In this document: positions 26,617 through 32,000 of the stretch, piece after piece
How the letters are laid out: the number at the start of each line of letters is the position of its first letter
Position numbering within the stretch: position 1 is the first letter of the stretch
Origin: Candidatus Saccharimonadota bacterium
GTDB lineage: Bacteria > Patescibacteriota > Gracilibacteria > UBA4473
Assembly (NCBI GenBank): GCA_030429505.1
Contig: JAUIFI010000001.1
Coordinates: 1 to 32,000, forward strand
Direction: 5' to 3'
Length of the DNA: 32,000 bases
Program-made: the position numbers and the translations under genes
The notes under the pieces: model-generated
What the model saw: only the letters and a program-made list of their open reading frames with translations
The model's database searches: none
Told to the model about the DNA's origin: nothing

Positions 26617-27012
26617 TCATCCAGAAGTAGCAAAAATATCGCCCAGAATCCATGTTGTTACATGTCCATCTATCTGATATTTCCTGTGAAGTCTAGCATT
26701 AAGGGAGTCTATGCTACTACGAAGACTAGCTTCTTGAATACCGAGTATGGCAGCAATCCTAGCCCTAGGCAATCCACGTCTTAAGTAACCACACAATATC
26801 ATCTGGTGTTCAGTAAGATCTGAATACCGTTCTCGAAATTGAATCATAAAGTTATCATCATCTTGAACGTTAAGAGCAGAGTTTGCCGTACTTGCTATTT
26901 CTTTTAAAGTAGATTGCAACGCACGGTTTTCACCAGACAAAAGTTGAATAGTCTCATAAGCTTTTGCCAGCTCCTCTTGCAATTCCTCAACATTCACTTC
27001 AGATTGTGGCAT
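26617..27012 (-). CDS. Small transcriptional regulator: N-terminal coiled coil plus C-terminal LuxR/GerE (sigma region 4-like) HTH
   Basis: 131 aa. LTEHQMILCGYLRRGLPRARIAAILGIQEASLRSSIDSLNARLHRK fits the LuxR-type HTH pattern (LT.RE..vl.l...G....eIA..L.is..TV..h...i..KL). The N-terminal 45 aa are heptad-like and acidic. An AAGGAAG RBS lies 4 nt before the ATG. Confidence 0.7.
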   Translation of the reverse strand: MPQSEVNVEELQEELAKAYETIQLLSGENRALQSTLKEIASTANSALNVQDDDNFMIQFRERYSDLTEHQMILCGYLRRGLPRARIAAILGIQEASLRSSIDSLNARLHRKYQIDGHVTTWILGDIFATSG

Positions 27013-27057
27013 AATCTTCCTTTTGATACTAAAAAGATAAATGAGGGACGACAGGAC

Positions 27058-27103
27058 ATTTCATGAAATTCTATCTACCCCCCTAAAAATTATTTTCATG
27101 AAA
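27058..27103. promoter_or_regulatory. Two copies of the palindrome TTTCATGAAA upstream of the HTH gene (candidate operator pair)
   Basis: ATTTCATGAAAT at 27058-27069 is a 12-bp perfect palindrome and TTTCATGAAA at 27094-27103 is a 10-bp one. Their centres are 35 bp apart. A TAGAAT -10-like hexamer (minus strand, 27073-27068) abuts and overlaps the proximal copy. Confidence 0.5.
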
Positions 27104-27249
27104 CCACTGCCTTCTCCACAGATTTAAAAGAACCTTGCATTTCTAGTAAAAATATTTTTCTTATCAATTATTGATTTAATAAAAATTTAATATTGAAAAA
27201 TTCAACAACAAAAATAAACCAAGTTGCAAGGACTTCTTTTCTTTGTTTC

Positions 27250-27324
27250 TGGTGGTCTCACCAGGAATCGAACCTGGATCGCCAGTTCCGCAAACTGGTG
27301 TTCTATCCGTTGAACTATGAGACC
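27250..27324 (-). tRNA. tRNA-Arg with anticodon GCG
   Basis: Reverse complement: GGTCTCA TA GTTC AACGGATA GAAC A CCAGT TTGCGGA ACTGG CGAT CCAGG TTCGATT CCTGG TGAGACC A CCA. All stems are Watson-Crick. The anticodon loop is TT-GCG-GA. The D-loop A at the position-20 equivalent is an Arg identity element. CCA is encoded. Confidence 0.9.
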
Positions 27325-27530
27325 TCGTCGTCGTGGACTTCACTGACCTCCCTCGCTAAAGCGAGGTCGTCTTATTTTATCTACTCCTCCTCTCAAAATG
27401 TGAGTATTCACTCCCATTTTGTTTGTAAGAACGAGACGATTTCGCCAACTTCGTCTCTCGACAAGCTCGAGACTTGTATTACTCCGTCGCCGCTCCTTTT
27501 TCCTCGTGAAGCACCCGTATCGCTCGGAAG

Positions 27531-27578
27531 AAAAAAGCTCAGAAATTCTAAGACTCGAACTTTCTTTGTCAATTTCTG
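27531..27578 (-). terminator. Possible tyrS terminator (8-bp stem, long loop, T-run)
   Basis: Minus strand: CAGAAATT, 23-nt loop, AATTTCTG, then AGCTTTTTT. The stem halves are 27571-27578 and 27540-27547. It starts directly after the tyrS stop. Confidence 0.4.
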
Positions 27579-28775
27579 CTACTTGTCTCGAATAATTCTC
27601 CCAAACTTTCTTTTTCCCACCTTTAAAATATGAGTTCCAGTTATATTCACTTGTAATAAAGAATCAGTCACTTTATCTCCATCAAGCATTACGCCTCCTC
27701 CAATAACCAACCGCCTAGCTTCTCCATTTGAACTAGCAAACCCGCACACTTTTGTCATCAAATCCAATATACCAATATTCCCTTGATTCACTCGAAACTC
27801 CGGCATCTCATCCGGCACATCTTTCTTCACAAACTTGGTTACAAAATCTTGTTCCGCCAGTTCCGCCGCTTTATCATCATGATAAAAGGTGATAATCGTT
27901 TTTGCTAAATGCACCTTCGCATCACGAGGATTGTCCTTAATGAGCTTTTTCATGACTGCCAAATCCTCATCAGTACACAACTCAAAGTACTTGAGCATTA
28001 GATTATCCGGCAAAGACATAATTTTCCCAAACATTTCCTTCGGTTCTTCATCCACCGCAATGTAGTTATTCAAGGATTTCGACATCTTTTCATGACCATC
28101 CAAACCTTCTAGCAATTGAACAGTCAGGACGTTCTGAACTACTTTCTGACCATATTTTTTCTGAAGATCACGACCTACCAGTAAATTAAACAACTGATCA
28201 GTCCCTCCAATCTCCAGATCACATTCGATCATTACCGAATCATAGCCTTGAAGTACAGGATAGAGTAATTCATGTAAAAAAACCTCCTTTTTACTTTTCA
28301 ATCGATCAGAGAAATCTTTTCGGGAAAAAATCTGTGAAGCCGAGTTGTAAGCGGCAAGTTTGATAAAATCCTCTACATTCATCTTTTCAAACCAGTCTCT
28401 GTTATTCACCACTTCGGTTTTCTTGATATCCAAAATCTTCCCTACCTGAAGCAAATAATCCTTTGCATTTTCTTGCACCTGAGCGAGAGAGAGTGGAGGA
28501 CGCGCCTCATTTTTTTCTGTTGGATCACCGATACTCGCCGTAAAACCACCAATCACAAGGACTACTTGATGTCCTGCATCTTGAAACTGTCTTAATTTTC
28601 GAAAAGGCACTGCATGACCAATATGGATTTTTGTTCCTGTCGGATCAATACCAAATTTCACACGCAGTTTTTTTCCAGATTTAAGTTTTTTCTCTAAATC
28701 AGCTTTTACAATCACATCAACTACTCCTCGATGCAATAAAGTTTCCATTTCGTTTTTGGTGTTTTTGAGTACCAT
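27579..28775 (-). CDS. tyrS: Tyrosine--tRNA ligase
   Basis: HIGH motif (KIHIGHAVP), KMSKS motif (EKMSKSLNN) and a C-terminal S4-like domain (SNGEARRLVIGGGVMLDGDKV). I chose ATG 28775 (MVLKNTKNEMETLLHRG) because it puts HIGH at the usual ~45-50 residues from the N-terminus. The track's start at 28925 adds 50 non-conserved residues. Confidence 0.9.
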   Translation of the reverse strand: MVLKNTKNEMETLLHRGVVDVIVKADLEKKLKSGKKLRVKFGIDPTGTKIHIGHAVPFRKLRQFQDAGHQVVLVIGGFTASIGDPTEKNEARPPLSLAQVQENAKDYLLQVGKILDIKKTEVVNNRDWFEKMNVEDFIKLAAYNSASQIFSRKDFSDRLKSKKEVFLHELLYPVLQGYDSVMIECDLEIGGTDQLFNLLVGRDLQKKYGQKVVQNVLTVQLLEGLDGHEKMSKSLNNYIAVDEEPKEMFGKIMSLPDNLMLKYFELCTDEDLAVMKKLIKDNPRDAKVHLAKTIITFYHDDKAAELAEQDFVTKFVKKDVPDEMPEFRVNQGNIGILDLMTKVCGFASSNGEARRLVIGGGVMLDGDKVTDSLLQVNITGTHILKVGKRKFGRIIRDK

Positions 28776-28889
28776 AATTTCATGAGAATTCTGCCCGAAA
28801 ATTTGGCTGAAATCAATATTCGTATTGTCAAAAGAGAAGTATGGTTTTGGATAGGTCTTGGGCTTTTTTTGTACGGAATTGGCAGCTTG

Positions 28890-29993
28890 ATGGACTTTGC
28901 CGCCTTTCCATTCATTCAAGAACATCTACGAACCGTAGAACTCGATCAGTTTTCTATATTCCTGACAGAACAACTCATCTGGGCGATTCTTCTCGCCTTT
29001 GCGGTCGTCACAGGCTATCGTGCGTGGACTAATCCTGATCATCATACCAAGCTTGTTCCAGCTTTATTTGCCGTTCTTTCTACTGGTATTTTGGCATTTA
29101 CCTTTAAATCACTCTTTGATGTAGACAGGCCTTTTGTCTACATGGATATTCTTCCTCTCGTTGATGCGCCTTCTACGAGTTTTCCATCAGCTCATACGGC
29201 AATTGCTTTTGCACTACTTATTCCCTTTTTTCGTATTTCCAAAGTCATTGGGAGCTTATGGCTCCTTTTTGCTCTTTTAATTGGCTTTGCCCGAGTCTAT
29301 CAGAACGTTCACTTTCCATCGGACATCGCTGGAGGGGTGTTTCTCGGGGGACTTATCGGAAGCTTTTTTTCTAATCCCGAAGTCAAAAAAGTCCTCGTCA
29401 CATACTGGCAGGAACTGGAGTTTCGTCGACAAACCTTTCATTTTTTAGCTGGATTCTTATGCGTCTTTGCACATTGGGCTGGGTTTTTCCGACTACGCGT
29501 TATCGCTTTTTTCTTAATTACAGGACTCATCATATCCTTTATCTCTCAACACAAAAAAGAAAACCTAATCAGTAGAATACTCAGTATATTTGACCGACCA
29601 CGAGACCAGAATTTCCCTGGCAGGGGAGCTTTCTACTTTTTACTTGGAGTATTTCTCGTTTTTCTTTTTTTTCGCGAAGAAAATATCCGTGTCGCTTACG
29701 CATCTATTATGATCTTATCGGTAGGAGACTCTCTCAACCATCTTTTTGATAAAAGAGCCTCCAGCAAAGTTCGCCTACCTTGGAATAAAAGAAAAAACTT
29801 TCCCGGACTCATTATTGGCATCTTGAGTGGAACTTTTGCCGCTCAGTTTTTCGTCCCAATTATCCCAGCTTTTTTGGCTTCAAGTCTAGCAATCGTGGGC
29901 GAAACTATCCCGCTCAAATTTGGAAAACATTATATAGATGACAATATCTTTGTTCCACTTGTGGCTGCCAATGTCTTATGGGTATTTACCTAG
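28890..29993 (+). CDS. Fusion protein: PAP2 phosphatase (BcrC/undecaprenyl-diphosphatase-like) plus polyprenol/dolichol-kinase-like (CTP_transf_1 superfamily) membrane domain
   Basis: PAP2 motifs are KSLFDVDRP, FPSAHT and ARVYQNVHFPSDIAGG. The C-terminal half (from ~29420) is polytopic, with SVGDSLNHLFDKR...NFPGLIIGILSG...GETIP....DDNIFVPL, resembling the dolichol/phytol-kinase pattern (GD..A...G.r.G ... K.. EGs.a ... E ... DDNl.iPl). I prefer the start at ATG 28890 (MDFAAFPFIQEHLRTVELDQFSIFLTE), which matches BcrC-type N-termini. The track's start is 28782. Confidence 0.75.
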   Translation: MDFAAFPFIQEHLRTVELDQFSIFLTEQLIWAILLAFAVVTGYRAWTNPDHHTKLVPALFAVLSTGILAFTFKSLFDVDRPFVYMDILPLVDAPSTSFPSAHTAIAFALLIPFFRISKVIGSLWLLFALLIGFARVYQNVHFPSDIAGGVFLGGLIGSFFSNPEVKKVLVTYWQELEFRRQTFHFLAGFLCVFAHWAGFFRLRVIAFFLITGLIISFISQHKKENLISRILSIFDRPRDQNFPGRGAFYFLLGVFLVFLFFREENIRVAYASIMILSVGDSLNHLFDKRASSKVRLPWNKRKNFPGLIIGILSGTFAAQFFVPIIPAFLASSLAIVGETIPLKFGKHYIDDNIFVPLVAANVLWVFT

Positions 29994-30052
29994 GATAACT
30001 ATTACAAAAACACAATTAAAAAAACAAGAAATAATCATCTTTGTTAAAAACA

Positions 30053-30077
30053 GGTGCAATTTGATATAAACTGCACC
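30053..30077 (-). terminator. Hairpin plus T-run downstream of the 52-codon ORF
   Basis: Minus strand: GGTGCA, 13-nt loop, TGCACC, then TGTTTTTAAC. Confidence 0.4.
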
Positions 30078-30122
30078 CGAAAACTCCGAAAAGAAACGTC
30101 TGAAAACAAAACTATTGCATAT

Positions 30123-30281
30123 TTATAGTAACATTGCAGTTACTATAACCACAACAATGACTCCCACTACCAGCATAGTTGCTGTGTTGCGATTCTTTGG
30201 ACAGCTAAGTTGTGCTAAAAAGGCTTTTGCTTGATCGGTCGTATATCTCGCTACTTCTTGATCCTTCTTTCGTCTTGCCAC
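30123..30281 (-). CDS. Unlisted small ORF (52 aa), tail-anchored hydrophobic peptide
   Basis: It falls below the 60-aa cutoff of the track. GTG start at 30281-30279, preceded by a perfect AGGAGG (30293-30288) with a 6-nt spacer, the strongest SD in the window. Translation: MARRKKDQEVARYTTDQAKAFLAQLSCPKNRNTATMLVVGVIVVVIVTAMLL. The N-terminus is basic and the C-terminus is a TM helix. Confidence 0.55.
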   Translation of the reverse strand: MARRKKDQEVARYTTDQAKAFLAQLSCPKNRNTATMLVVGVIVVVIVTAMLL

Positions 30282-30369
30282 GATAAACCTCCTGTAGTCC
30301 AATGAATAGAACTTAAACGTAAAAGACGTGCACTAAGCTGGAAAAATTCCAAGACCTAATAGCTAAAAA

Positions 30370-30398
30370 ATATTAAAATTGGATGAAAGATGTGTCAA
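30370..30398 (-). promoter_or_regulatory. Candidate promoter for the small ORF
   Basis: Minus strand: TTGACA (30398-30393), 17-nt spacer, TAATAT (30375-30370). The predicted 5' UTR is ~80 nt. Confidence 0.45.
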
Positions 30399-30409
30399 AT
30401 TATTTAGAA

Positions 30410-30438
30410 TTGACGTTTTTTTGAAGTTGTTTTATAAA
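30410..30438 (+). promoter_or_regulatory. Candidate divergent promoter firing toward the uvrA 3' end
   Basis: TTGACG (30410-30415), 17-nt spacer, TATAAA (30433-30438). It lies back-to-back with the minus-strand promoter, 11 bp between the -35 boxes. Confidence 0.4.
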
Positions 30439-30570
30439 AAGCGAGCAGGAACGGAAGTGCAAATAGTATTCCTCTTAAGTGTTATTGTACTTTCATTCTC
30501 CCGCGGCAAGTCTCCGTGTTTCGTTGCGACAGGGGGCTTTTATTGAGACGAAGAATATATTTCTTTGGTA

Positions 30571-32000
30571 TTATTTTTCGCTCAGCATCTTATCCAAAAA
30601 TTGACCAGTATAACTTTCTTTTACTTTTGCGACTTGCTCCGGCGTTCCTTGCGCTACAATCGTTCCTCCAGATTTCCCGCCTTCCGGACCTAAATCAATC
30701 AGATAATCACATGATTTGATTACATCCAAATTGTGTTCAATCACTACCACAGAATTCCCTTTATCTACGAGTCTTTGTAAAGCATCTAAAAGTTTTTTTA
30801 CATCACTAAAATGCAACCCGGTTGTTGGTTCATCCAGCACATAGATAGTTTTTCCAGTCGATTTTTTCATGAGTTCCGTTGCGAGTTTGACTCGTTGAGC
30901 TTCTCCTCCTGATAATGTTACCGCACTTTGTCCCAAATGAATATACCCAAGACCAACCTCTTCAATAGCTTTGAGTTTGTGAGAAATTACTGGAAAATTT
31001 TCAAAAAATTGAGCGGCTTCTTCTACCGTCATTTCCAAGACCTCGGAAATAGATTTTCCTCGATACTTAATCTCCAACGTCTCTTCATTATACCGCTTTC
31101 CTTCACAGACTTCACACGGTACGTAGACATCGGGCAAAAAGTGCATCTCAATCTTTTTAATTCCATCTCCCGAACAAATCTCACATCGTCCTCCTTTGAC
31201 GTTAAAACTAAACCGACCAGCTCCATAGCCTCTCATTCGAGCTTCAGCGGTATTCGCAAAAACATCACGAATATCAGTAAAGACTCCTGTGTAGGTTGCC
31301 GGATTTGATCGAGGTGTTCGCCCAATTGGGGTTTGATCAATAGAAATCAGTTTATCGAGTTGATCAATTCCCGTGATAGTATCATGAGCTCCTGCAGTAC
31401 GTTTTGCTCGGTTTAATTCTCGAGCCAAAGTCGGTACTAAAATACGGTTAATCAGTGAAGATTTGCCTGACCCAGAGACTCCCGTAATACCAACAAAAGT
31501 TCCAAGTGGTATGGATACATCAATTTTTTTTAAATTATTTTCTCGAGCGCCTTTAATAACAATCTCTCCAATCGAACGACGACGAATACGGGGGACAGGA
31601 ATATTTTGTCGCCCAGATAAAAAATCAATGGTTTCTGACTCAATATCTTTCATCTCTTCCAATTTTCCACTACACACCACATACCCACCATGAAGTCCTG
31701 ATTTAGGACCGATTTCTACCATATGATCAGCAGCTCTAATCGTGTCTTCATCATGTTCAACCACAATGACCGTGTTACCAATGTCCCTTAAGTTTTCCAG
31801 AGTTTTAATTAATTTTGAATTATCTCGTTGATGGAGACCAATAGAAGGTTCATCGAGAACGTAAAGCACACCTTGCAGTTGAGATCCAATCTGAGTAGCC
31901 AGTCGAATCCGTTGGGCTTCTCCCCCTGAAAGTGTATTAGCCGTTCGGGCTAAATTGAGATAACTTAAACCTACTTTTTCTAAAAAAGAAAGACGATCTA
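30571..32000 (-). CDS. uvrA: Excinuclease ABC subunit UvrA, C-terminal part (gene continues past the right edge)
   Basis: The frame is open to nt 32000: [59 protein letters not shown]. The second ABC module has [21 protein letters not shown] and [12 protein letters not shown] zinc module is present: CEICSGDG...CEVCEGKRY. Confidence 0.95.
   Translation of the reverse strand, partial: DRLSFLEKVGLSYLNLARTANTLSGGEAQRIRLATQIGSQLQGVLYVLDEPSIGLHQRDNSKLIKTLENLRDIGNTVIVVEHDEDTIRAADHMVEIGPKSGLHGGYVVCSGKLEEMKDIESETIDFLSGRQNIPVPRIRRRSIGEIVIKGARENNLKKIDVSIPLGTFVGITGVSGSGKSSLINRILVPTLARELNRAKRTAGAHDTITGIDQLDKLISIDQTPIGRTPRSNPATYTGVFTDIRDVFANTAEARMRGYGAGRFSFNVKGGRCEICSGDGIKKIEMHFLPDVYVPCEVCEGKRYNEETLEIKYRGKSISEVLEMTVEEAAQFFENFPVISHKLKAIEEVGLGYIHLGQSAVTLSGGEAQRVKLATELMKKSTGKTIYVLDEPTTGLHFSDVKKLLDALQRLVDKGNSVVVIEHNLDVIKSCDYLIDLGPEGGKSGGTIVAQGTPEQVAKVKESYTGQFLDKMLSEK

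Noticed and set aside
27193-27633. 146-aa plus-strand ORF
   Set aside because: It is antisense to tRNA-Arg (27250-27324) and to the hairpin-rich spacer, and it overlaps the tyrS 3' end. There are no supporting signals.
28776-28925. T-box leader upstream of tyrS
   Set aside because: At most 114-150 nt are available. I see no T-box consensus (AGGGUGGNACCGCG-like) and no terminator/antiterminator pair there.
30440-30565. SRP (4.5S) RNA or another known housekeeping sRNA in the gap before uvrA
   Set aside because: There is a short C-rich stretch (TTCTCCCGC) and a GGAA-containing segment. However, I could not build the conserved helix 8 (a GNAR tetraloop closed by a stem with symmetric and asymmetric loops) on either strand. 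It is kept only as an unclassified candidate RNA.
30516-30719. 67-aa plus-strand ORF
   Set aside because: It is antisense to the conserved C-terminus of uvrA and has no RBS. If anything is transcribed here, it is more likely the non-coding RNA from the 30410-30438 promoter.
1-32000. Alternative genetic code (UGA as Gly, as in Gracilibacteria/SR1)
   Set aside because: Long conserved genes (clpC 877 aa, dnaG 558 aa, tyrS, trxB, uvrA) are full-length with the standard stop set. TGA also ends genes at sensible positions (for example 9280-9282 and 12545-12547).
1-32000. CRISPR arrays, transposases/IS elements, integrases, prophage genes, toxin-antitoxin pairs with recognisable domains
   Set aside because: There are no direct-repeat/spacer periodicity, no DDE/serine/tyrosine recombinase motifs and no phage structural genes. 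The only mobility-like signal is the 11-bp inverted repeat pair around the CPBP gene, reported as a low-confidence finding.

Overview
AT-rich, gene-dense 32-kb fragment. It reads cleanly with the standard bacterial code: dnaG, clpC, tyrS, trxB and uvrA are all intact, so there is no sign of UGA recoding. I found no transposase, integrase, CRISPR array or rRNA. The gene content suggests a small-genome, possibly CPR/Patescibacteria-like bacterium, but that is inference only: a giant FN3/Ig-repeat surface protein, a DUF4012-like protein, a compact RNase P RNA, overlapping or few-nt gene junctions, and few Shine-Dalgarno sites. Layout, left to right: (1) the 3' 8.5 kb of a giant surface-protein gene that runs off the left edge, then a DUF5684-like membrane protein, a PgeF/YfiH-like protein and a NUDIX hydrolase; (2) tRNA(CAU); (3) a CPBP-type intramembrane protease; (4) a minus-strand block of dnaG, a 547-aa orphan, an M24 peptidase and a small cupin-like ORF; (5) RNase P RNA, which the ORF track misreads as a 117-aa ORF; (6) an 87-aa charged protein, rmlD, a DUF4012-like protein and an FtsL-like protein; (7) clpC; (8) a small secreted protein, an MscS channel and trxB; (9) a coiled-coil/LuxR-type HTH protein, tRNA-Arg(GCG) and tyrS; (10) a PAP2/polyprenol-kinase-like fusion; (11) a 577-bp apparently empty region holding an unlisted 52-codon ORF and back-to-back promoter-like sites; (12) the C-terminal half of uvrA, running off the right edge. 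No single obvious new multi-gene system stands out. The most unusual items are the giant adhesin-like protein and its neighbour, a DnaG lacking all four zinc ligands, the orphan protein with an attenuator-like leader where rpoD usually sits, a bacterial tRNA-Arg with a GCG anticodon, twin palindromes upstream of the HTH regulator, the PAP2-kinase fusion, and the small-ORF/promoter cluster next to uvrA.
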